From contig NC_134034.1 in assembly GCF_964204645.1 (NCBI RefSeq), positions 6,608,914 through 6,672,913 on the forward strand: a stretch of DNA of 64,000 nucleotides. The letters run 5' to 3'. Positions 14,101-29,100 of this stretch are shown piece after piece (position 1 is the first letter of the stretch; the number at the start of each line of letters is the position of its first letter). Origin of the DNA: Tubulanus polymorphus (taxonomy: Eukaryota; Animalia; Nemertea). Position numbers and translations under genes: made by a program. The notes below the pieces were generated by a model. It had not been told where the DNA came from, ran no database searches, and saw only the letters and a program-made list of their open reading frames with translations.

Positions 14101-17100
14101 TGATCGTTTAATTCTTCTTTGTGGATCCTGGAAATCATATGTGAAATTGTAAAGTTTTTAAGTGAAGAACTTAAAAAGTAGTGAATTTCATTTTGTCTTA
14201 AGTGTGGGAGCCATGATCAAAGCCTTTTGGTTTCTTGTCTTAATTCTAACCCTTTTTCCTTGCTTTTTCCAGAAATATTTTAGAAAATTGGGTGTGTCAG
14301 TCAATTTTAGACTTCGGACTCTTGAGGATATTTTGCCTAGTGCCTCATTAAATCTGGCTGTTAGCAGACAATTTTCTATTTTGCAGGGTTTTCTTATCAG
14401 ATCAATTCCAAATTTTACAGCCATATTTGGAGGCAATGATTTCTCCTTTGAAAAAGGCTTTTCTTCAGCAATACAACTCACAGGTGAGTGACAACTGCCA
14501 TTAAAACTGTCTATCTTCAAATAGGCATGTATTGCCATAAAAACAATACGCATCAATCAAACAAAAGATGCACCTTGTCACAATCTCTATATTGATTTTA
14601 CATCTAACTGGAGGTGAGGGAACAAGATATAGATATCTATCGCATCATCAAACCCCAGAGCATTGCTTGACTTTTTGCACTTTTTGACTGTTGGTTGCTG
14701 TTGGGTGAAGCAAGAGTGAATTAAATAAATCATTCCAACGGTGTCCATATATTCTACTACTAATTCATCCAAAAATAATGATGCGTTACATTATGAAAAG
14801 GTGTCAGGTATTTCTATACAGGGTTCGTCGCGATGCTTCAAAAGCTTGAAATGGCTTGAATTTGAGAAATACTACTCAAGCGCTTGAAAACAGCTTGAAA
14901 ATAGATCGAATGCTTGAAATAATTATTTTTGACTTGAAATAAAAAGATATGGCTTAAAATGCTTGATTATCACAAATTTTCTTCTTCGCAAATTTTTTTC
15001 GATGAAATCGCAGACAGAATATGTTCTTGAGTCGTTTCTACGCGTGCATCATGTTTTAGGCATCCATAAAGAAATTAATTGAATTGTATTGAATTACGAG
15101 ACTCACTTGCACTGCGACTTGTGGTGAAACTCTCCAGTGTCTGGAGACTTGAACATATGGGGAAATTTCAGTCATGCATGTTTTCGAGCATTGATGTAAA
15201 ATGGCATTGAAATCCCACACCAGGTGTGAGAGCCATGTTGAAGGCACCGCGACCTAGTCAAAGTCATTGAACATTACAAATTTGGTATTAGGCCATCCAA
15301 AATAAAGGTCTGTTTGCTGTCACCCGACCGACCCGACTTCAAAGGTACCGAGTGGGAACTTTTTTCTTGGATTCATTGAAATAAGTTTTATTTTTGATAC
15401 AAATGGCCGACCCACTGCCGATGTATGAGCTACGTATGTTTGAAGTTAAGTGTGCATCGTGTGAAAACGTGCCTCGACTATAGTTGAAGTTTTCCAGGAA
15501 ACTGGCAGTGTTCCAATAAGCTGCCATTCATTCTTAGCGATGATATTAAAGCCGGTTATGTTATAGCGTGCATATATTCAATCTACTGTTTCATTTTGAA
15601 CGCAGATTTGGGATATTGTTTTCACTAAAAGAAGTGATGATAAATTTGTTGTTTTTTTTTGCCCCAAAATTTTGCAAAAAAAATGATTCTACCTTCCTAC
15701 TGACTTATCCCAAAAATTTTAGTAGGTATAACGGTAAAACAGACAATTAATTTGGGATGGCCTAATATCCGAATCTTGATTGATATGAATATTTAAGCTA
15801 GGAAATGCTAAAAATCATTGTGATAAACGGGTTTCATCTCTAACAGAATCGTATCAACTCGGAGGTTCCACTGGAATCAAAATTTTACCTCTTTTAACAT
15901 TTTTATACGAACCTGTTAAAAATAGGCAAATTGGCTGCGACTATCGAAAATTGCTTCCAACGTGCCTTAAAAAATAGCCTGAAAATGGTATAAATCTAGC
16001 TTGAAATGGCTTGAATTTCACCTGAGCTTGAGACAATGAACCCTGTCTATAATCCTGCCTAGAGATAGACTAACGGTATACAAGCTAGGTATACTAGCTC
16101 AGTTCACTCCTGAATGCCAATATATTGAGTTTAATAAGTGTTCTTTTTAGCCCACTTTAGTCTTTAGACTTTAGTCCCAGCAGGCTATTGCGTTCACTTT
16201 AAGTCCATCGTCCGTTGTAGCGTCCGTCCGTCCGTTGATGGTATCCAGTGATTTTGGGAAGTTTTGAAGACGCTTCAATGTAATGTCTTGATATTTGGGC
16301 TACATATGTATCTACCCTAGACACATCTTCAGCCCAAAACCTGGCCCTGTCAGAATAAAGATAGCCGACTGGCAGCCTTTGTTCTTCGCCAAAATCAGCG
16401 ATTTTTACACATTTTCAAAGTTTTCATTTTTTTTTAGATTTTGAGAATTTTGAAGGCGCTTTTATCAATTACCTTGATGGTTTGTTTATATTTGTATACC
16501 CTGAGGGCCCATCAGCATAAGAAAAATTGAGTCGGACTCAAGATGGCTGTCCTGTGACCTTTTTTGTGCCCAAAAGGTGAGAATTCTGAGTCCTGTAGCT
16601 TCCTACTGGTTTGCCATTTCTCATTGCAATTTGTGATGGCTATTCTTTGGAAAGGCATATTTTCTACCCGAGACCGGTATATTTGATCAGGCGATTATGA
16701 TGCAATTGGCGGCCATCTTGGTGTCATCAGTACTCATTCGTAGGTGTCAACATTATATTGATACTTAAGCATATTTTGTTACCACAATCAATTGGAAAGT
16801 TGCAGCTCATGACATGGTCTGTGATTGGTCTCCATAGACAAGTGGCTATCCAATATCAATAGAAGACAAAAACCCACAATAAAAAGAAAAACTATCTGGT
16901 AGTTTAACGTTTCAAATCAATTCTATGAGCCATTTTCAAAAACTGAAATTTTTTTTTTTAAATGTTTTTGAAAATGGCTCATAGAATTGAGTTGAAACGT
17001 TAAACTACCAGATAGTTTTTCTTTTTATTGTGGGTTTTTTTCTACTATGGTCTGTGATCTTGGTGAGTTTCAAGGTAATTGGTTATTGTATATGGCCACC

Positions 17101-20100
17101 AGGGGGCGTTGAACAATACAATAACTTAGTATTTCTATATTATATTCATACCTATGCATATTTTGCTACCACAATCAATTGGTCAGTTGTAGCTTATGAC
17201 ATGGTCTGTGATCGTGGTGAGTTTCAAGGTCATTGGTTTTTGCAAATAGCCACCAGGGGGAATTGAACAATGCAATAACTTAGTATTTCTATATTATATT
17301 CCTACCTATGCATATTTTGTTACCACAATCAATTGGAAAGTGACATGGTCTATTGTTGTGGTGAGTTTCAAGGACATTAGTTATCCTATGTGGTCATTAG
17401 GGGGCGTTGAAAAGTAGAATAACTTGGTATCTAGGCATATTGTGTTACTACAGTGGAACTTCGTTCTAATGACCTCGGAACTAAGGAACCATCGCTTGTT
17501 ACGTACAAAAAAAAATCCCCGGCCAAATCCTTTTTGGAAATAACGACCTTAGTTTTGGAGTCCTATTGCATATTTTCATCAGTTCTAACGATCGCTAAGC
17601 CATAATCAATCATACTAGTTTTTTTATTGTCAGTTTCAAACCGACTGTATTGCTTTATTTATCTTAGATTAGTGATACAGATTAACAATGTGTTGCTGGC
17701 TGCTACAATTTGTTGTGGTCGGTAGTCGGTCATTGTTTCAGCCAGTTTACAGTGATTTCCACACACGCTTAATGAAAACGTACTAGTCAAAACGATTGAG
17801 ACCATCAGGGAAATTGAATAAGAGACCAAACGCTCTGAAGTTTTAGAATTGTTCAGACATTTTAACCGGCATAGCATTGTTACATTCATTTCCTTGATCT
17901 CATTCCATTGCATCCCCTGGGAGGGACTTATATGTGTCGAACACATATATGTATTTGCCTCTCAAAGTTAACAGAGCATATCTTAATTTGGTGTAAATTT
18001 ATATTTCATTTCATAGTTTACAGCTGTCAATTTGTGATTCATTAGCCAACAGTATTTATACTTAAATAGTAGGTCTACTCCAATGAAACCAGTTGGTTTG
18101 TGTTTCATCACACCAGGGGGTGTTCCCTTTTCATATGTACATGATGTGAAACGGATCTAATGAATTATCGGATATTACAAACTTTTTGGTTTACCTTTGT
18201 CAGCGATATGAAGTTGGCATTGCGCCAATTCATGTAAAATCGTGGTACGTTTTTTTATGTGAGCATCTTATTCATTAGTTCTCGGGTTAAACGACGTATA
18301 ATCGATGCGATTGAAGACATGAGGAACCTCTGACGATGACATGGTCAACTTTGTTTAAATTCGACGAAAAACTGTTTTTGGCGGGAAAATTCTTAGCTCT
18401 TCCCTATAAAATTGCAATGACCTGATTGGGAGGCGTGGTCTCTACGAGCGTATGTGATTCGCTGTTTTTGGGATATACGGGGAATTCCGGCGCTACTAAA
18501 ATAATTATGGGAAAGCTATTAATGGCAAACGTTTCATTGGACTAGGTGCTGTATATGTGCGAATTTTAAATGCTCATTGCTGGTGAGAATATAATCATTT
18601 CACATATCGCCATAGGTATTGTTTCATTTTAATACCCGGTGATTGATTTGATTGACATTGAAGTGTAAGCGAACATTCACTTACACAAGGCCTCCACGTG
18701 CGCGCGGAAATCATTAGATTAGACTGTTGCACACACAAACACACGCACGTACAGTATACACTACTATAGTGATACTGTAACGCTGCTTGCTGGGGCGTTT
18801 GACATTTCATCAGCAGAAGATGAGCGCTGTGTTTTCTGTTTAATAGAATTTGTAATAAATTGTAATTTCTTGTCACCTGAAAATACTAAGCAAACTATAG
18901 GTATAGGTCGAGGTCTGAATATTGTAGTGGTAAATTCCAGGATTTAAAATGATCTAATACGCTGATTTCTTACTGCACCGGTATTTTAGCTTCCGCGGCC
19001 ATACATTCAGCCACCCTCTGATAAGTGACATCATATGAATTTTATTTGAATATTTTTTCATATGAAAAATATTTATTTGAAAATATAAAATAGTTTCCAT
19101 GCCGCGCCTACCTGTACCCTTCGAAATTTTGGATGTGGACCGTAAACAAATGTATATATCTTTGGTCTTATTTGACTACAAAATAATCCTTTAAGAAAGA
19201 TAAAATACAATATTTAAACTTGTAGAACTATGAAGTCACGAATTAAAAAGATTTTTCAAGCAATGCCCTTACCCCAAACAACCTCTAGCTTTCAAGGTAA
19301 ACCACACTTTGCCCATGGGCAATTTATTATTTTTCCCCCAGCGGTTCGTCAGAACGAGGTTCCACTGTATGATCAAATGCATACATGTTCTAGGATTATG
19401 GTGAGTTTCAAGGTCATTGGGCTTCGCATATGGTCACCAGGGGGCGCTGAATAGTAGAATAACTAATTATTTCCATATCATATTGGTAACTAGGCATATT
19501 TTGTAACCGCAATCAATTAAAAAATTGTAGCTGCTTAAATGTTCTATGATTGTGCTGAGTTTCAAGGTCATTGGATGGGGCTTTGAAAATTGAAATTGTT
19601 TTGATTGTTGAGCATCTGAAAGTTTGCAATTGAATATAATCAGTGAGAAGAATAGATCCTCTATTATCAGAATCCCATTAAGCAATAACTAATTTTGCAG
19701 ACAGTGAGTGTCACCCCTGAGTTACGCCATCCAATCTACCGCGTGGTTGCATCATGGACCAATGAATATAGCCAAGTTATGCAGTATATGGCAGTAGTCA
19801 AATGGGACATACATGAAATTATGTCACAACATAATTCATATGTTGAAGTCGCCTTACAGGTCAGTTCTTTAAATTCCACACACAATTATCAATGTAATGA
19901 TTAATATTTTCCCTTGAAGATTGTTTTTTTTGTTGTTGATGTTTCATTTGAGATGCAATGACTAAGTGGGGACATCACACCTGCTTGCATGAGATCAAAC
20001 CCCAATTCTGAAAGAGCTTTCTAGTCATGTAAAGTTTTTATGGCAACTAACATCATTCATTTACAGTATGGCCATTTTATTGAAAGATTGCTTACGAAAT

Positions 20101-23100
20101 ATTGAAATACAAACGATGTATTTATTAGAATAACCATTCATTAAACTCTATATCCTTGCTGTGACGATAATATAAAGAGAATCCTACAATAATAACGAAA
20201 AAAATTTTCTATTAGTCATCTTCAGGATGATTAATTTTAGTACATACCATATTTTACTGTGTACAAGTTGACCCCGTGTAAAAGTCAAGGTAAAATTTTT
20301 AGTTAAAAAGATGTTAGGCTATGGTCGGCATATATTCCATTTCATCATAGCATCCTCGAAAACGATATCGGAAGTGTAGCAGGTGTATGCAAGTGTGCAA
20401 GTCGACCTATGTTTTTTGGACATAATTTTGATCTAAAAAACTCAACTTGTACGCCGGAAAATACAGTAGTTGAAACATAGAATAAACTACTAGTCATGGA
20501 AACATTTTCAGACTTCATTCTTATGGACTATCGCTTCCATTTTTGCTATCGCATATGACACTTTCTTTGGTACAAAATAACTTGCGAATGAGGCTTAGTT
20601 TCTCTTCGCCACTTTCAAAACATCCAATGCAGTGTTTAAATCTTGAACCCTATTGAATTTCATGGGAATGCGTTGCTTATTTATTAGTTTAATTATTTGT
20701 TTGTTGATGGAACCACATTTTGTTTCAGGAGAACACATGCGCTGTTAACGTGTATTCATGTTTCACACACATGCATGTCTAACGTGTATTCATGTTTCAC
20801 ACACATGCGTGTCACACTGACTCGCTGCTATGTGATGTATTGATCTGTTAACTAATGCTAGTTATGTACATGTATATGAAAAACACGCCTCGCGTGTGGC
20901 CTAGTTAAATTTTTCCAGGAAACTGCAAATGATTTAACTGCGCGCACTATTGACATGTGCGTATATCCTTAATCTTTAAAATAAGGAGTAGGCCTATTAT
21001 AAAATCATTATGAATTATGAATGCTTAAACTCTAGAGTATATTGACTGATGTTTAATTTTGATACCGGATTATACGTACATCATCATGATGTAAATTTAG
21101 GAAAGTCCATATTAAGAATTCCGTTTCTTGCCTTTTGTTATTATTGTGGGGTTCTCTTAATATCATGTATTAAAATGTTAGATTGATTTGGATTCATAGT
21201 TTTGGTATGTTTTATTTAGGAATTGAATACATTCGGTCAGAAACTGTGTGAGATCTCGACACGTGTGCCTATTCATAAGGTTGTCTCTGATGTTCTTTGG
21301 GAACATATCATTGTTCATGTCATTCGGAACTTTGTTGAAGGGTAAGTCTGGATCAAATAACCCCTGCAATCATGGTAAGCGATTTTTTCTACCGGCCACA
21401 GTTAGGTTTCGCACTGCGCATGTTCTGAATATACCGGAAGTAAACAAACGGTGACGTACGCGGAAGTAAAGCACATGGCTAGTCAAAAGTCAATTACAAT
21501 GTCAATAATTATACGTTATTCTGCGATGATAAAATCGAAATTTTAAAGTTAAAATCTGAAAAGATTTCCGATCCGTTTCCTTCTATGACAGGTTGTAAAT
21601 ATTGAGACAAAAAATAAAATGGAATTCAGCATATAGAATGAATTTAATGTGTTTATTTCTTATCATGAATTTAAGTGTTTATATCTTTACTTAGTACAGT
21701 ACTGCTTGCAGAAAATACATTTCCAATCAAAATTTAGAATTATCTTTCGGTTTAAAGTATGAGGTAGACACACCACATGGTACCATCGATAGCAATAGTT
21801 GCATTCCTCCTAGAAAAGAAATAACATAACTGTATATTGATATTGATTAATGTTCATTTATATATGGGTGCTTCTGTCTTAACAATCAAAGCACAAAACA
21901 TGACTTTGACCCTCCCTGCAATTACTAGCCATAATTCCCTTGGTACATTGTATATTCTTTTGGTCTTTTTAATTTATCTCACCTAAATCTATTCAAGTTA
22001 TACTTACCCAATCAGAAGACTTGCCATTTTCATTTCCACAGACATGGCATATGTTACTTATATCATCTAGGATATAAGGAGAAAGATAGCCAATCAGTTT
22101 GTGTAAGCCTATACAGTATTAGTACACTGTTGCGGCAAATGGAAAACATGGCATAATAACAAAATTGGCATTATAAAGAATGGAACTTTCATCAAATTTG
22201 AGTTAGATTGGGCAATTTGGTTCTCTGAAATGGCATTTAGCGAGCACTGGCATTAAAATTAAAAAGGATTGCATTATAATGAACTTTGAATTTAATAACT
22301 ATGAGGTCGAGGGCCTACCTGATTCATTAACTAGTGCAGCGGCTGATGTCCAACGCTGTGAATTTGCATTTACTGTTGAAATATGGGTCGTGTCGGTACC
22401 TTGAAGAACACTGCCAGCATACTGTTGAATACACATATGTAATTGAATGAGATTTGTTAAACAATAATCAATAATATTGAAATTAAACAAATCAATCCTA
22501 CCAAAATAGTCAGCAAGCCACAACTATGCCCATCAAGTTGTTTCTGGTGAGGCGGTTCGATTATGGACCATTCAATATCATCAATGTCATGTCTACCAAG
22601 GGCTGTGGCTCAGTAAGTCAAGTAAGACCTTACATTGAGATGAAAAATAGTTTGGAAATTATACATAATACATTGACATCGATAGAGAATAACGCAGTTT
22701 TCATAATGATTTCTTACTTAATATTCTTCAGTGCTTGAGCTTTTTTAAAATCAGATGCTCCAAACGGATCAAGGTAGACGATTTCATAGTTTTTGGGCTT
22801 GATCATCTAATATGAATAAAAAAATGCATTATTTCTAAATACTTAATATTTGACAAATAAATACCGAAATTATCAAATAATTATAATTCTACTTACAACC
22901 AGAACCCAATGATTACCATCCTTGTTGTAGCCGCCAATGATCATATCTTTGTTTTCAAAATTCATCTAGTAATCAAATAGATTTTATGAGGAGTCTCAAG
23001 AGTAAATGAAAAACGAGAAAAGTTATCAAAGTACTAAATACTTTCTTGAATAGACTATTTTTGTATCGCGATTTGTTTCCTGCGACAATCGGGGTTTTTA

Positions 23101-26100
23101 TATAAGAATCAATAACTAAACAGTCATACATACTTTTTTCAGCTTCAAGGGCTAGGGCCATTGTTTATCACCTGAATAAAGAGCAAAAGATATTGATATA
23201 AAGTTCAATGAAAAAATGCACATGGGATGATTTATTATCCAGCAACAATACATGTTGTCTAGAACTGTATGAGATGAGTTTTAAGATCTTCCGAAACAAC
23301 ACACTACTTACTCACTAGTAGTAACATAGGAATTTAATTTCAAGGACCGCAATCCCTCATCGGTCAAGAGATGACTACCAGATTTGGCAACTACTGTTCT
23401 GAGTATTGGATCTTCCTTTTTGTCCAAAATACATTTGACATGAAAAAAACATCATTTGTGGCACACGTATTTCATATAGAAGAAAGAGAGAAAAGAATTA
23501 ATTTCAATTGCGACTTACATGTGCTGAACTTTACTTCCGCGTACGTCACAGTTTGTTTACTTCCGGTATATTCAGAACATGCGCAGAGCGAAACCTAACT
23601 GTGGCCGGTAGAAAAAATCGCTTACCTGCAATCGTATTGATATCATTTGTCCAATAGGTGGCTATGGATTTATCTGTAATTTATTATTACATTGGGATTC
23701 AATCCTCTAAGTGTCAGCCTAGGGCTCATGTTTTTGCATTCATCCCTTTGCTAGATATGCATGAACAGAGGTCAATTCCGGCACTTTGCTGGAAACGCAT
23801 GTGTGCATTGATTAGGGTGCCAGGCTAGTCATTGATTTTGACACAGGACTGAAAAACCATTACGGACATGTGTTGTTCCAGTTGTTCAGGGATGAAAATC
23901 TTCCGTCCAAAGACAGTACAAATTGAATCAATAATTGTATCTATTTGAATCGTAAACATTGTATTGGTTGTACGCATAACATGGAAAAAGCCGATCGCCG
24001 ATGCTTAATCAGCCCGTGTATTTGACATCTGGCCGAGGCTACAATGTTATGTTATATGTTTTATATTATAAAAAACTGTGCCTCGAGAGCACAGAACATT
24101 TGGTCCTATAGTTTTAATTGAACAAATAAATATAGTGATGTGATATTATCAAAATGCTTCACGAATGCATGTCGAAATCAATTGACATTTATTGGGTTTT
24201 AGGTTTAGTTCAGTTTCAAAGCTGGATCACATCAAAAACATGGTATAAGTACTTGTACACATAAGTGCCATATGCCAACGGGTACTAATTCATGCAACTC
24301 CCAACGGAACCATGAAAGCACCAAACAAGGTACATCAGTACTTTTTACGTTGTAGCCCTTGTGGATCCACATATCGCGGATATGTGGCGCGCTCCTTCAA
24401 AATAGTTGTGTTATAAACTGATAAGAATTATTTTGGTGAAATCTTTGTACGCTTTCCAGTGCGACATTTAAACCAGCAAGGCAGAAACCTGTTGTCGCTG
24501 CTTTGCAGCTACATTTATAATTGACATTTCCGACCTTTTGGATTTGCCCGTGTTCCTCCCTGGTTGTTGAAATGAGTATCTTAATCATGGGGACAACATA
24601 GTGTTGTGTTTGTAGCATTATTGCTAAGTATATATAAATTCATAGTTAATATCTGTCATGCACTGCCTGTTGTTTAGGAGTATTTAATGAATGTTTGGAC
24701 AGGTGACATCACAGTTTGTGATGAGTTCACAGTTTCTACTCCTGTTCTGGCATGTCTCAGATGAGCACTCAACCAGGAGTATGAATATAGGAGTTTATTT
24801 AGGTTAGGGAGCTGAGCTCAGCTCAGCCAGGAGTATGAATATGGGAGTTGATTTTGTTTAGGGAGCTGAGCTGAGCTTAGTTTGGGTAGATAAGTCAGAG
24901 TTGGAGTTAGGCTCAACAGTCAAGTCTTCATTTTGAATTTATGGGTCTACTGTGGTCAGAGCTCGAAGAACCTTATAATATATACAGATTGTCATCAATC
25001 GTGGATTGGAGTCAATATTTACTATATTGGATTACATTGGATGAAGTTATCGAAACAACAGATTGGACTTATAAGAAAGCATCGCCGAGCCCATCTGCTT
25101 CTGATCTATTATTTTCAAAGCGCCTGTCAATATCCACACTTGGTTTCAACATGATGCATGTCAAATTTCTGGTCAATTTTCATGGTCAATTCTCTGTTGA
25201 TGCTCAGGTTTTGATATGGTTAATGCTCAGGTATCCTCACCTGGCCTCTCCTGATAAGGAAAATGGAACTTTTTTGGAAACTGAATGTATTTTCTGTTGT
25301 TGTTTCAAAACCAATAATTCTTACCAACTCAATGCTCACAGTACCATATATACTTGTGTAAAAGTCGAATATCTAGACCAGAAATATTAGGTCAATTTTG
25401 GGGGGTTGAATTTTCTGGGAGTAATACTTTAAGTCATTATAACTTTTTAAGTAAGAGGGCCCAGAAAATAACAATGGCGGGTGGAATTAAGGGTGGCAAA
25501 GACTACCCAGCAAGACTAATCCAGCAGGCGTAGGTGAATGTCTGGTTCATTTCTGAGATTAATTTACCAAAAATTCTGTTGATTTCTACATTATAGAATT
25601 ATAGATTTATCCTAATATTTTTCATGAATTACTAAATCATCTCAAGTATTGTTTAATTACTTTTGATTGCTTGAGCCATCTATCAAGGAAATAACATGAA
25701 CTCATAAACAATCTTCTCCCTATGATTCCTTGTCATTTAGAATCATTTCTGAGATATGATATTGAAAAACTGAGGTCAACTTTACATGAGGTAAATTAAA
25801 AATCTATGCAGCATTCTTTAGCCAAAATCCAATGCCAATTTTTACACAAATTCGACCTGTACTTGAGTATATACCATATATCCGATATAACACCAAACAG
25901 ATTGAAATTCAGCAGCAACCCACGAGGACATGGTGTACTTTTATAATACTGCACGAAAAAGATGAAGCGATTGATGGCTTTTGATACATTTGAGCATATG
26001 CAGGTCGTCATTAAATCGACTCGAACCAACTTTGTCCTACGTTCTACGGATTTTGAGCTTATGTGAATGTTTGGTCCGTTCTAAGTTGGAACAGGCCAAA

Positions 26101-29100
26101 TTTATACTGTTCTGATAATGTAGTGTGAACTCTGCTTACGATCCAACTTAAGATGCATGACTAGGCAAACACTCCATCCAGTATCGAAGATTCAAACGCC
26201 TTACGTATTTGGACTAGCAGTCTTTGCCTTGTTCCGAATTGATCTTTTCTGATCAATATAATAGTCTATGGTTCATAAAGTGCTATCTGTGGCATGATTT
26301 TTGGTTATAAATAATGGTTACAAAGTGATGAGGGACAGATTTCTCAGGTGTGGGCGTCTAAATCTTAATATCCATTGCTAAATTTCCATTTGATAGCTTT
26401 TGTAACATATCCATGAAAGTTATATATTGGCACACTCCCATCAGCTGCCTCATGTCATCCCATAAGGTCATCTATTGTAACCTATATCTATTGTATCATA
26501 TTATGTAGTACAGCATCTCTCTCTCTCTTATGCTGCAACCGCCATGCTATGGACACGTAGACACAAATATATCAGTTAATATCAAGACAGTGTTTTCTTG
26601 TGTTCATCATAATCTAGAGGAAACTATTAAATGGTGTCAGAAGTAAAAAACCCAATGAATAAGAGAAGGAGAGGTGTCGAAGAATTATGTCAACTGCTGT
26701 TGTAAGTTGATTTTTGTAATTTCTATCTGGTTCCTCAGGTTGGTTCTACAGGGTACATTTAAGGATCAGTCCCCATCTGAGACAGCCACTAGACCTTACT
26801 GAGTAAAGGACGGGAGTGAGTAAGGACAGTACGAGAATATGGGTGATCTAACAGGAGTCACACCAGCAGCAATGGACTGGAATTCTGCTGACCAAGCACC
26901 TTTGTAGGGTTCAAACGGTATTGTGAGCTTATTTTCAACGGACCTCTTACCCTAAAAAACACCAGAGATCAAAGCAACGTATCTGCTGATGTGGGTAGGC
27001 AGTGAGAGAAGGAAAATATTCAACAGTTGGTACTTGACAGAAGCCGAACTCAAAAAGCCAACACTCCTCTTCAAAAAATTCGAGTCACACCTACAGTCTA
27101 ACGTAAATCACTGGCTTTGCCAATTTGAGTTACAGAAACTGCGACAAAAGCCAGGAAAAAATGTAGGTGATTTCATGACCGAGGCTAGGACAATTGCAAC
27201 GAGGTGCAAATTTCGTGACGCAATCGAAACTGATAACCGGTTGATAGAGCAAATTATTATTGGCACATGCTACCCTCAAGTAGAACGAAAGCTGATAAGT
27301 AAAGAAAACTTGCCGTTGGATATGAGGACTCATGAATAGCGAGGACTCATGAAGGACTCATGAGGTGACCACAGACCAGCTTAAAAAATTGACCACAAAC
27401 AATGACAGTAAACAGCATGAGACAAGTAACAAGGCAAAAATGCGGACAGAAGAAACGTAACACAGACCATAGGTTGCACGCACTGCAGCGGCGACCATCA
27501 GAAAAAAAACCATTTTCCCAGCTGCTGGCTCTGTATGCCACAACTGTGGGAAGATGAACCACTGGACAAAGGTCTGTCAAAATAGAGACCATCATAGGGG
27601 CCAGCATAAAACTAGAGAAAGCTACGATCCAATATTCCAGCGCTGCTCTGGCAGAGTACACGCTGTTGAGAATCGCCATGGAAGTGACGAAGGGTTCGAA
27701 TCCTTGAAGTTCGAGACACTGACCTTTAATACAGTCAACACAAAAGTCGGTAGAGACAAAGTTTTTGCGACTGTCAATATCGACATCGGAACAAAGCGTA
27801 ATGCAACGCTAACGGCGAAAGTCGACACAAGCGCGCAAGGTAACCTATTACCACTCCGCCTGTACAGGAACATGTTTCCCACGACCATCAGAAGGAGTGA
27901 ATTATGAACCGGCTAGAAAGGCGCCAGCGTGATCAGAAATACCGCCACGACCAGTGAGCGCAACCAACACCACTGCCTCCATTAGTGTCCGGCCAGCACG
28001 TCCGCATCCAGAACAACAAGTCCTAAAGATGGGAACCGGTGATCATCGTCAGACAGCTCGACTCTCGATCGTACTTGCTCAACAAGACAGAGAAGAATAG
28101 AAGTGAAGAAGAAATAGGCTACACATCGACTAACTGGCAAGATACACGCTCCAGTTAGCCCGGAATCAGCCGCTGACCAACAGGACGAAGCACCACGCAA
28201 GTCGAATTCACCACTACCAAGCACCAAGATCATACTTCCATCTAGAATACCAATGCACTACCTACCAGACAACAACATCAACAGACGATAAATACCATTA
28301 AACCACCCATGCAACTCGGATGGGAATGAATAAATACGAATAAGAACTATGTCGAGCACTGGATCGATTGATTTATCAAATATCGCATTGTCATATTCAA
28401 ACATTAATATTGTCCAGATTTAAAAAAACTTATCTAATCATTTTCATTCATTAATCCTAAAAGATTGCTTAACAAGGGGGATGTAACATATCCATGAAAG
28501 TTATATATTGGCACACTCCCATCAGTTGCCTCATGTCATCCCATAAGGATCATCTATTGTAACCTGTATCTATTGTATCATATTATGTAGTACAGCTTCT
28601 CTCTCTCTCATGCTGCAACCGCCATGCTTTGGACAGGTAGACACAAATATATCAGTTAATATCTAGACAGCGTTTTCTTGTGTTCATCATAGTCTAGAGG
28701 AAACTATTACAGCTACACATGATTAATATTGTAGGAGAACCTAAATGATAATCACCAGTTGTCATTGATTCATTGTTTATTATTCAGGTATTCAGGTGCC
28801 AAGAAATGTACAACAGAAGGTCGTGCTTGGATGCAATTAGATTTTCAGCAGTTTCTTATGAAACTTGAAACAATTACAGAAATCCGACCAATTCCAGATC
28901 GAGAATATGTGGAAGCTTATATCAAAGCATATTATTTACCTGAAACTCAAATTGAATCTTGGGTTAAAGAACACAAGGTACATTTGTTTATTGTGCATTA
29001 GCGAAACTTTTTTTATTAACTTTTTTTTATTGTAGTATAGTACAGTAGACTCCGCCTAAAATGGTACAGTTGGGACCTCCATTTCTCCTCCAGATTTGGC

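Larger units (their letters stand above)
16145..19690 (+). mobile_element. HINE-like element with ~150-bp repeats, carrying nested insertions
   Basis: tttttagcccact start, (GTCC)n, repeats containing gagtttcaaggtcattgg and ccaccaggggg at ~17.0-17.4 kb and ~19.4-19.6 kb; boundaries approximate. Confidence 0.55.

Noticed and set aside
24397-25390. 149-aa + strand ORF and a CxC-containing - strand ORF in a VPS50 intron
   Set aside because: No recognisable domain and not needed for the VPS50 frame; probably decayed TE sequence.
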